Shown here piece after piece: positions 20,330 through 28,076 of a stretch of 64,000 nucleotides of DNA; the stretch's first letter is position 1; every line of letters starts with the position of its first letter. This stretch comes from Minisyncoccota bacterium (GTDB lineage: Bacteria; Patescibacteriota; Minisyncoccia; 2-02-FULL-40-12; IGHO2-12-FULL-4). A model generated the notes under the pieces. That model saw only the letters and a list, made by a program, of their open reading frames with translations, did not search any database and was not told the origin of the DNA. The translations under genes and the position numbers were made by a program. The stretch spans positions 9,772 through 73,771 of the forward strand of contig DATDTF010000011.1 in NCBI GenBank assembly GCA_036517795.1, given 5' to 3'.

Positions 20330-20427
20330 ATAGTCTTAATAACATTTCTACCCATACCTTAAAAGCCTCTCTGTTTGAGATTTAAGCGATTGGAGTAAAA
20401 TGATAAAAGCAGAGACAGTCTCACGAT

Positions 20428-22524
20428 ATGAAAAAAAGTTTCCGTTTAATTCTAGTAAGTTTTGTTATTCTCTTTCTGGAGCTTCTTTTGATTAGGCTGG
20501 TTGAAACAGAAGTTAGGATTTTCGCCTATCTTTCAAATTTAATTCTGCTGGCAATATTCATAGGAACAGGAATCGGAATGTTGGTGAAAAAAGAATTTTC
20601 TTTGGTTCTTTCTTCGGTTTTACTCTTTGCAATTTCAGCGTCGCTTATCTCTGGGTTGTTTTCCGGCATAACTGAAATGATATCTCCTTTAAGCGAGAGC
20701 TTTATCTGGTTTCAGCCGACGCAGACGGATATTGTAGACGTCATTGCCGGTTTCTTTTTAACGGCCGTTTTATTTTTTGCCGTAATGACGGTTTTCATTC
20801 CGCTTGGCCAAAATCTGGGCAGAATGTTTAACAATACCAATCGTTTGATTCTTTGGTATTCCTTAAATGTGGCCGCTGGGGTGGCCGGTATGTGGAGTTT
20901 CTACGGACTATCTTTAATTAGCATCTCTCCCTACATAGGATTAGCCTTCGGTCAAATATTGCTGACCCTTTTGTTGGAAAATAAAAAAGGCCGGATTGTT
21001 TCGGGTGTTCTTGCTATTTTAATGCTGGGTATTGCTTATCAACCTTCCATAGTTCAAGAAGAAAAAACAATTTGGTCGCCATATCAAAAATTAAGCCTAT
21101 CCAGTCAATCGGAGAAATCTGATTTGCCGCCCGGTTATTTATTGAAAGTTAACAACGTTGGCTATATGGGGCTTCTAGATCTTTCTAACGCCTATAAAGA
21201 ACAGGTGGATGAGCGTTTGGCAAACCAAGAACTGCCGAAAAATTTTGACCTACGGTTTGCTGATCAATATGAATTGCCATTTCTTTTTAAACCGGCACCG
21301 GAGCGAGTTTTAATTATTGGCTCGGGCGGAGGCAACGATGTGGCCGCCGCTTTAAGAAAAGGAGCGGACAGAATTGATGCCATTGAGATTGACCCCAAAA
21401 TCGCAGAATTTGGAAAGATTTACCACCCCGAAAAACCCTACCAATCGCCTAAAGTAAATTTAATCATTGATGACGGCCGTTCTTTTTTCAAAGGTAGCAA
21501 GGAAAAATATGACCTTGTAATTCTGGGTCTGGCTGACTCTCATGCCCTCACTTCTTCGTTGACCAATGTCAGGTTGGACAACTTTCTTTACACCCAAGAA
21601 AGCTTTTCCGAAATCAAAAAAATTTTGAAGCCGGATGGAGTGCTAGCCGTTTCTTTTGATGTGCGGCGGCCATGGGTTGGAGCAAGAATAAAAAAAGGCC
21701 TTGCCGATTCTTTCGGCCGTTCTCCCGAAATTTTTAACTTTCAAGACATCAATATTTTCGGCTGGGGAGGGGTACTTTTTTTGGCCCAAAATTCATCGGG
21801 AACAATAGAAGCGGCTTTCCAAAACAATCCTGATTTTGAAAAATTCATAAACAGCCGTAAAGCTGACTTTAACCAAGAAGTTAAACCCTTAACCGATAAC
21901 TGGCCGTATCTTTATCTTGACCAGCCCCGCTTGCCTAAAATTCATTTGATAATTTCAGCTTTGCTTTTTCTTTTTTTCCTGCCTTTCGGCAAAAAACTTT
22001 TTATGGGGAGCCGTTTTAGTTGGCCGATGTTTTTTCTGGGCGCCGGATTTCTGCTCTATGAATTTTTCAATATCAGCCGGACCGGCTTGTTATTCGGCAA
22101 CACCTGGACCACAAATTTATTCACAATTACAGCAATTCTATTTTTTATTTTATTGGCGAATTTTCTGCATGCAAAACGTCCAATACCTTTGAAGGCTTCT
22201 TTTGCCGGGATTATTCTGTCTCTTGCTTTACAATTTATTATTCCGCTTGACTACTTCAACTCTTTTAATTTCTTTTTTAAAACAGTTTCAGCGTCCATTG
22301 TTTTAAATTTGCCGTTTTTCTTTTCCGCCTTGGCATTTATAGCTCTCTTCGCCCGGGCGCGGGAACGATCATCAGCACTCGCCAGCAATCTGATCGGCAG
22401 CGGCATAGGCGGGATACTTTCATTTGTAAGTTTTCTGTTCGGTCTGTCATCGCTTTTGATTGTCAGTCTGATTTTTTATATCTCAGCAATTTTTCTTCTC
22501 TTGTTTCGCGAAAGGGTAAAATAG
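20428..22524 (+). CDS. Polytopic membrane protein fused to a spermidine-synthase-like SAM-binding domain
   Basis: WSPYQK, VLIIGSGGGND, AIEIDP, DDGRSF and TDNWPYLY motifs, flanked by TM clusters. Confidence 0.8.
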   Translation: MKKSFRLILVSFVILFLELLLIRLVETEVRIFAYLSNLILLAIFIGTGIGMLVKKEFSLVLSSVLLFAISASLISGLFSGITEMISPLSESFIWFQPTQTDIVDVIAGFFLTAVLFFAVMTVFIPLGQNLGRMFNNTNRLILWYSLNVAAGVAGMWSFYGLSLISISPYIGLAFGQILLTLLLENKKGRIVSGVLAILMLGIAYQPSIVQEEKTIWSPYQKLSLSSQSEKSDLPPGYLLKVNNVGYMGLLDLSNAYKEQVDERLANQELPKNFDLRFADQYELPFLFKPAPERVLIIGSGGGNDVAAALRKGADRIDAIEIDPKIAEFGKIYHPEKPYQSPKVNLIIDDGRSFFKGSKEKYDLVILGLADSHALTSSLTNVRLDNFLYTQESFSEIKKILKPDGVLAVSFDVRRPWVGARIKKGLADSFGRSPEIFNFQDINIFGWGGVLFLAQNSSGTIEAAFQNNPDFEKFINSRKADFNQEVKPLTDNWPYLYLDQPRLPKIHLIISALLFLFFLPFGKKLFMGSRFSWPMFFLGAGFLLYEFFNISRTGLLFGNTWTTNLFTITAILFFILLANFLHAKRPIPLKASFAGIILSLALQFIIPLDYFNSFNFFFKTVSASIVLNLPFFFSALAFIALFARARERSSALASNLIGSGIGGILSFVSFLFGLSSLLIVSLIFYISAIFLLLFRERVK

Positions 22525-22558
22525 TTTTAAAACTGGCCGTCTTTGTTCTATAATAACA

Positions 22559-22728
22559 AAGAGATTGTCTAACTTCCATGTCGGTTACAATCTCGGTTTG
22601 CAACTTCGGAAGTTAAGAGGTTTGTGAACTTCTATGACTTACTTAAGAGGTTGTCAGACTTCTCTGGTTGCCTAACCTCGGTTTGCAATATCGGCAATTC
22701 AGAGACTTCAGACTTCGTTGGCTTACTT
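22559..22728 (+). repeat. Two tandem ~85-nt units of the dispersed repeat
   Basis: Units start AAGAGATTGTC (22559) and AAGAGGTTGTC (22645); each contains CTCGGTTTGCAA and ends in CTTACTT. Confidence 0.75.
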
Positions 22729-22731
22729 ACT

Positions 22732-23058
22732 ATGTACTACCCCATCTTTCTTTTAGTTATGCTTGTCACAGCTTTAATTATTGAAAAAGTGTTCCATGAG
22801 CATCTCTTTCACTCTTTTAAAGAAAGGTCCCTGTGCATTATCATAGCCGTTGTAGCAATAATGGTATGGGATTTTTATGGAATACCCAGAGAACACTGGA
22901 TTTTTACAGGCAAAGGTATTTCTGGAATTTTTATTGGACCGATGCCAATAGAAGAAATCGGGTGGACTCTGTTTGTGCCCTATCTTTGGGTCACTATTTA
23001 TATTGCAATACACAGTATTTTTGATAAGAAAAGAAACAAAAACAAATGGAAGAGCTGA
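22732..23058 (+). CDS. Lycopene-cyclase-domain (CrtYc/d-like) small membrane protein
   Basis: VWD...HWIF...GIFIGPMPIEE motif. The ORF-track N-terminal extension is repeat DNA, so the likely start is the ATG at 22732. Confidence 0.7.
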   Translation: MYYPIFLLVMLVTALIIEKVFHEHLFHSFKERSLCIIIAVVAIMVWDFYGIPREHWIFTGKGISGIFIGPMPIEEIGWTLFVPYLWVTIYIAIHSIFDKKRNKNKWKS

Positions 23059-23351
23059 TTATTTTAATTTTTTTGTTTGCGGCAACCGTTGTCTTGGAAA
23101 TAAAGTACAAGCTGGTTTTGTACCACTCAAAAAAAGAAAGAGTATGGACGACTCTGGTTGTGCTTATAATTATGATTGCGGAAGAACAGCTGGCGAGGAT
23201 AAACGAAATCTGGCTTTTCCCCGGCCCGGGAATGACGGGTATCTACATTTACGGTTTGCCGTTAGATTTATATCTTTTTTATGTCATTTTGCCCTATTTC
23301 GTTTTTGTAGTTTTTGAACTCATCCACAAAAAAATGGATAAAAATCGGTAA
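23046..23351 (+). CDS. Second lycopene-cyclase-domain-like small membrane protein
   Basis: IWLF...GIYIYGLPLD..LFY, paralogous to the upstream gene; three TM segments. Confidence 0.6.
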   Translation: MEELIILIFLFAATVVLEIKYKLVLYHSKKERVWTTLVVLIIMIAEEQLARINEIWLFPGPGMTGIYIYGLPLDLYLFYVILPYFVFVVFELIHKKMDKNR

Positions 23352-23353
23352 AC

Positions 23354-24427
23354 TCAACTGTGCAACTTTTTATCTCCAAGTTCATGTTTCTTCCACAAGT
23401 CAATATGTGGATTTATAACCCCCGTTTTCTTTTGAATATTTTTACTCCACTTTTGATTACCTAGATACCAAGTCACTGTTTCCGCCAGCATTTTTTTAAA
23501 TTTATATTTTGGTCTCCAACCAAGTTCTTTTGTAATTTTAGCATGGTCAATAGCGTATCGCCTATCATGACCCGGGCGATCAGCTACAAAGGTTATTAAA
23601 CTCTCTGGCTTGTTGAGTATGCCAAGAATCATCTTGGCTATTTCTAAATTGCTATGCTCCTCATCAGCTCCCATGTTATAGACATCTCCTGCTTCACCAT
23701 CAAACAAAACCTTGGTCAGACCCTCAACATGATCCAAAACATATATCCAGTCTCTGATATTTTTGCCGTCGCCATAAAGAGGCAAAGATTCATTTTTCAT
23801 CGCCCTTGAAGTAAAAAAGGGGATTAATTTTTCTGGATACTGATAAGGTCCAAAATTATTAGAGCAGTGAGTGACTACTAGTGGCAATTTCCATGTAAAA
23901 TGATAAGACCGGCAAAGAAGATCTCCGCCAGCTTTAGTAGAGGAGTAAGGTACATTAGGCTGATACTGGGTATTTTCGGTAAATTTTCCCTTTGAGCCTA
24001 TGGACAGACTGCCATAGACTTCATCGGTAGAAACAAATAATGCTTTCTCTATGCCATATTTTTTTATTGCTTCCAGTAAAACAAAAACTCCATAGACATT
24101 TGTGTCTATAAACTCTTTAGCGCCGACGTGAATACTCCTGTCAACGTGAGTTTCCGCAGCAAAGTTAATTAAAAAATCCGGTTTGTATTTTTTAAAAACA
24201 GTCTCAACTTTCTTGGCATCAGCAATATCTCCCTTAACAAAAGTGTAGCGTTTTTTAAATTTTGGGTTTAGTGAAATATCGGAAAGATTTTCCTTATTGC
24301 CGGAATAGGTAAGTTTGTCCAAGTTAATGACCTGCCAATCGGGATAGTTATTTAAAAAATGTCTAACAAAATGTCCGCCTATAAATCCGCAGCCACCGGT
24401 AACTAAAATTGTTTGATGTCTCTTCAT
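23354..24427 (-). CDS. rmlB: dTDP-glucose 4,6-dehydratase
   Basis: VTGGCGFIG, AAETHVDRSI, STDEVYG and YSSTK motifs. True start is 24427; the ORF-track extension runs through tRNA-Leu. Confidence 0.95.
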   Translation of the reverse strand: MKRHQTILVTGGCGFIGGHFVRHFLNNYPDWQVINLDKLTYSGNKENLSDISLNPKFKKRYTFVKGDIADAKKVETVFKKYKPDFLINFAAETHVDRSIHVGAKEFIDTNVYGVFVLLEAIKKYGIEKALFVSTDEVYGSLSIGSKGKFTENTQYQPNVPYSSTKAGGDLLCRSYHFTWKLPLVVTHCSNNFGPYQYPEKLIPFFTSRAMKNESLPLYGDGKNIRDWIYVLDHVEGLTKVLFDGEAGDVYNMGADEEHSNLEIAKMILGILNKPESLITFVADRPGHDRRYAIDHAKITKELGWRPKYKFKKMLAETVTWYLGNQKWSKNIQKKTGVINPHIDLWKKHELGDKKLHS

Positions 24428-24436
24428 TTTCCTATG

Positions 24437-24523
24437 TGGTGCCGGTGGTGGGAGTCGGACCCACAATCCCTTACGGGCGACGCATCTTAAGTGCGTTGCG
24501 TATGCCAATTCCGCCACACCGGC
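24437..24523 (-). tRNA. tRNA-Leu(TAA)
   Basis: GCCGGTG...CACCGGC-A-CCA acceptor; anticodon loop CTTAAGA; long variable arm. Confidence 0.93.
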
Positions 24524-24528
24524 ATTAG

Positions 24529-25023
24529 TTATATAAAGATCTTTTTAGTGTTTTTATCTCTGTTTTTTCCTCTGTGCGTTAACTGCAAGCTATGACAATT
24601 TGGGCAGAGTATCCTTAGGTTTTCTAAACGATTATCGTGCCTATCACCATTAATATGATCTAGTTCTAACGGGATCCTATTATCAACTGACTTTTTTGAC
24701 CATCCACACTCTTCACAACTCATACTTTTAAGATTAACCTGAAAAAGTCTCTTTTTTAACTTAAAGCTTTGATAGGTACTGTTTCTGATTAATATTTTCT
24801 CCAACGGTATTAGTGGTTTTCCGAGTCCACGTAGACCCTTATTCCAAGCCTTGCCTTTAAAATGTTTCGTACTGAAGTTGTTTTCTTCAATATATTTCTT
24901 TAGCTGTTCATAATTACCACCAGCTTCCCTCAACTTCAACTTTGCCAAAACTTGCCTATAGCTAGGAGATTTTTTGACTGCTTCTCGCAGTTGCTCTGTC
25001 GTCCAAGTTCTCTTTTTGCCCAT
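24529..25023 (-). CDS. HNH endonuclease with N-terminal helical DNA-binding region
   Basis: CEECG...LELDHINGDRHDNRLENLRILCPNCH. Confidence 0.9.
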   Translation of the reverse strand: MGKKRTWTTEQLREAVKKSPSYRQVLAKLKLREAGGNYEQLKKYIEENNFSTKHFKGKAWNKGLRGLGKPLIPLEKILIRNSTYQSFKLKKRLFQVNLKSMSCEECGWSKKSVDNRIPLELDHINGDRHDNRLENLRILCPNCHSLQLTHRGKNRDKNTKKIFI

Positions 25024-25116
25024 AACTGAATTGTAACAAACGGAAGACGCATGGCAAAGACAAGTTATTAACGTATGCCAATTAAAATACTTTTAACTAA
25101 AGAAAGGTTATCTTCT

Positions 25117-25821
25117 TTACCTTTTCTTCTTAGCCCATTCTATAGCTTGAGCCAAAGAATGAAAAGTGCCGGCATCAACCCAAAAGCCTTTTACAAATTC
25201 TGCTTTCATTTTTTTGTCGTTAATGTAAGCATTATTCACATCGGTAATTTCTAACTCACCACGAACCGACGGTTTAAGCGTGCGGATAATATCAAACACT
25301 TTTGAATCATACTGATATAGACCGGTAACAGCAAAGGGGGAGAGCGCTTTTTTGGGCTTTTCAATTACAGCCGAGACCCGTTTACCTTTCAATGTTGCCA
25401 CACCGAATCTCTCCGGATCAGGAACTTTTTTTAAAAATATTCTTGCTCCTTCCTTAAAAGCTTTTATCGCTTCGGGAAAACTCTCTTCAAAAATGTTGTC
25501 ACCCAAGATTACGGTCATCAAATCTTCGCCGACAAATTCTTCGGCCAACAAAAGTGCGTGGGCAATTCCTATGGCTTCTTCTTGAACTTTGTAAGTAAAA
25601 TTCGCACCAAAGTCCCTACCTGAACCAAGATATTCTATAAAATCCCCCGAATGTTCACGGCCCGAAACAATAAGAATGTCTTTGATGCCGGAGCGAAGCA
25701 AAGTATTAAGAGGATACTCAATCAAAGCCCGATCAAAAACGGGCAACAAATTTTTATTTATCAGGTTGGTTAATGGCCTCAAGCGTATACCATTACCGCC
25801 TGCCAAGATGACACCCTTCAT
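25117..25821 (-). CDS. rmlA: Sugar-1-phosphate (glucose-1-phosphate thymidylyl)transferase, RmlA/SpsI-like
   Basis: MKGVILAGG.G.RLRP, ILGDN, EKP and RGELEITD motifs; start at 25821. Confidence 0.88.
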   Translation of the reverse strand: MKGVILAGGNGIRLRPLTNLINKNLLPVFDRALIEYPLNTLLRSGIKDILIVSGREHSGDFIEYLGSGRDFGANFTYKVQEEAIGIAHALLLAEEFVGEDLMTVILGDNIFEESFPEAIKAFKEGARIFLKKVPDPERFGVATLKGKRVSAVIEKPKKALSPFAVTGLYQYDSKVFDIIRTLKPSVRGELEITDVNNAYINDKKMKAEFVKGFWVDAGTFHSLAQAIEWAKKKR

Positions 25822-25823
25822 AG

Positions 25824-25896
25824 AGGCGCCGATGGGACTTGCACCCACGAATCGCGGTTTTGCAGACCGCTGCGTTAGCTACTTCGCCACGGCGCC
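25824..25896 (-). tRNA. tRNA-Cys(GCA)
   Basis: GGCGCCG...CGGCGCC-T acceptor; anticodon arm GCGGT-CTGCAAA-ACCGC. Confidence 0.92.
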
Positions 25897-25920
25897 ATCT
25901 TAATTTTTAACTTTTTCAAT

Positions 25921-25986
25921 TAAAGACTGTCTAACTTCGACGGTCAAGATAACCTCGGTTTTCAACTTCGGAAGCTAAGAGGTTTC
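25921..25986 (+). repeat. Dispersed repeat unit overlapping the rbfA stop
   Basis: TGTCTAACTTC...CTCGGTTTTCAACTTCGGAAGCTAAGAGGTTT matches 22561-22623. Confidence 0.75.
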
Positions 25987-26319
25987 TTTTATTCGACGGG
26001 TTACGTTTTCTATTTTCGCCGCCCTTTCTTCTGTTTCGTCCAGGACAAAAAACAATTTGGGTACCGGACGCATTTGCAGTTTCTTGTTAAGTGTTTGTTG
26101 AAAAAAATATATGCTTCTGTTGATACTCTCCAGAGCCTGCCGGCCGGCGTCCAGAGGAAAAACAGAAACATAAACCCTAACGTGGTTTAAATCTTCAGAA
26201 ACAACCGCCCTGGTAACTGTAACCAGAGCTTCAACATCAAGATCAAGTTCGCGATGCAAAATCTTGCCCACTTCATCTCTAATCAAATCATTTATTTTTT
26301 CCCGACGATGAGAGTCCAT
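25975..26319 (-). CDS. rbfA: Ribosome-binding factor A
   Basis: VTVTRAVVSEDL and MRPVPKLFFVLD; lies downstream of infB. Confidence 0.9.
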   Translation of the reverse strand: MDSHRREKINDLIRDEVGKILHRELDLDVEALVTVTRAVVSEDLNHVRVYVSVFPLDAGRQALESINRSIYFFQQTLNKKLQMRPVPKLFFVLDETEERAAKIENVTRRIKETS

Positions 26320-26321
26320 GA

Positions 26322-27893
26322 TTATAGAGATTTTTTAATTCTTTCTTCTTCATAAACCTCCAGGATGTCTCCTTCTTTAACAAACATATTTGGAGCGATT
26401 GGCTGGCCGAAATCAACTCTTAAACCGGCTTCCAAACCTTCTGCAACTTCTTCCACATCCGCTTTTTGCTGTTGAAGCTGTCCGAGTTTTCCTTTCGTTA
26501 TTACATTACTGTTTCTAGTCACCTCAATCAATGCGCCTCTCTTGATTTTACCAGAAATCACTTTTCCTCCCACAACCTGATTTTTAGGGTCCTTTTTGAA
26601 TAAGGCCAACACCTTAAGCCTACCCAAGGAAATTCTATTAATTTCCGGATCTAAAAGGTCGGACATCTTTCTTTTTACCTCCTCCACCAGCTCATAAATT
26701 ATGTCAAAAGATTCTACCACTATCCCATCCCTTTCCGCCATTTGACGGAGAGAACTACTGGCCGGAACATGAAATCCCACCACCATAGACTTTGTCGCTA
26801 TGGCTTTTTTGATGTCACCTTCCGAGATGTTGCCAATGCCAAAATCCACAACTTTGTATCCGACTTCTTCTGATTTTATTGTTCTCAAAACTTGGTCAAT
26901 TGCCTCAAGAGAGCTTGAGACGTCAGCTTTAACTATTAAATTCAGACTTTTATTTTTACTCTTTTCCGGCCCGCTTGCTTGAATAAAAATTACCGGCCGG
27001 CCAAGAATTGAATTCTCTTTAGCTAACTTCAAAGCTTCTTCTCTGGAATCACTTCTCTTCACAACTTCGCCCAAAACCGGAGAGCTGGCCCAACCCAAAA
27101 CTACCGCCGGCTGTGACGGACCAGCCTTAGTCAAATTCCTACCTAAGAAATCCGCCATTGATTTAATTCTAACTGCTTCCGGGCCGGTTATAATCCAGTC
27201 ATTTGTATGAAAGAACCCGCTTTTGACTAAAATGGTAGCCACATGACCGCGTCGATTATCCAAATAGGAATCAATTATAACTCCCGTAGCAGAAGCATCA
27301 TCTGATTTAAGCTCTTCCAATTCGGCTACTAAAAGAATCATCTCCAACAAAGAATCTATACCTTGACCGGTTTTCGCTGAAACTTCTATTACCGGCGTCT
27401 TGCCGCCCCACTCTTCTATGAAAACATTGTTTTCTGAAAGTTCCTGCTTAACCTTCTGCACATTAGCGTTTTCTTTGTCTACTTTATTTATGGCGACAAT
27501 AAAAGGCGTCTTAGTCTCTTCAATAATTTTGATGGCTTCCTTTGTCTGAGGTTTTACACCCTCATCGGCGGCCACAACTAAAATTGCCACGTCAGCCACA
27601 TTAGCACCTCTGGAGCGTATGGCTGAAAAAGCCTCATGACCGGGAGTGTCCAGAAAAGTTATGGTGCGCAAGCTCGGCAGTGCAATATCGGAGGTTGGTT
27701 GGTTGTCTTTAGTTGACACTTCTACCTGATAAGCACCGATGTGCTGGGTAATCCCACCTGCTTCTCCTTCGGCAATTTTGGTTTTACGAATGTAATCCAA
27801 AATTTTAGTCTTACCATGGTCAACATGTCCCAAAACAACCACAATTGGTGGTCTGGTTTGAAAATTTACCTTTTTTTCCTGTGTTTCTGCCAT
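26322..27893 (-). CDS. infB: Translation initiation factor IF-2 (short form)
   Basis: RPPIVVVLGHVDHGKT, GGITQHIG, DTPGHEAF and NKVD motifs. Confidence 0.97.
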   Translation of the reverse strand: MAETQEKKVNFQTRPPIVVVLGHVDHGKTKILDYIRKTKIAEGEAGGITQHIGAYQVEVSTKDNQPTSDIALPSLRTITFLDTPGHEAFSAIRSRGANVADVAILVVAADEGVKPQTKEAIKIIEETKTPFIVAINKVDKENANVQKVKQELSENNVFIEEWGGKTPVIEVSAKTGQGIDSLLEMILLVAELEELKSDDASATGVIIDSYLDNRRGHVATILVKSGFFHTNDWIITGPEAVRIKSMADFLGRNLTKAGPSQPAVVLGWASSPVLGEVVKRSDSREEALKLAKENSILGRPVIFIQASGPEKSKNKSLNLIVKADVSSSLEAIDQVLRTIKSEEVGYKVVDFGIGNISEGDIKKAIATKSMVVGFHVPASSSLRQMAERDGIVVESFDIIYELVEEVKRKMSDLLDPEINRISLGRLKVLALFKKDPKNQVVGGKVISGKIKRGALIEVTRNSNVITKGKLGQLQQQKADVEEVAEGLEAGLRVDFGQPIAPNMFVKEGDILEVYEEERIKKSL

Positions 27894-27939
27894 ATTAGAA
27901 GTTCAGAAAATATAGCATTTTAAAGTGTTTTGGGCAAAT

Positions 27940-27964
27940 AAAAAAACCGTCCCTTAGGGACGGT
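27940..27964 (-). terminator. Terminator downstream of PBP1A
   Basis: ACCGTCCCT-T-AGGGACGGT hairpin with an A-run on its left (U-tail on the minus strand). Confidence 0.6.
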
Positions 27965-28076
27965 GTCGGTTGCCTGATACCGGCAACTTTTTATAAGTTT
28001 AGCTACTGGCTGTTATGGTCCAATCCAGAAAAGCCTCCTGAAGCATATTTACCGTCAACAAATTTGCTCACAAGCA

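Noticed and set aside
22559-22728. Possible CRISPR array
   Set aside because: Only two degenerate ~85-nt units, no identical repeats with regular spacers, and no cas genes in the window.
24428-24517. N-terminal extensions of RmlB (and RmlA 25822-25848) in the ORF track
   Set aside because: They are read-through of tRNA genes; the conserved domains start at 24427 and 25821.
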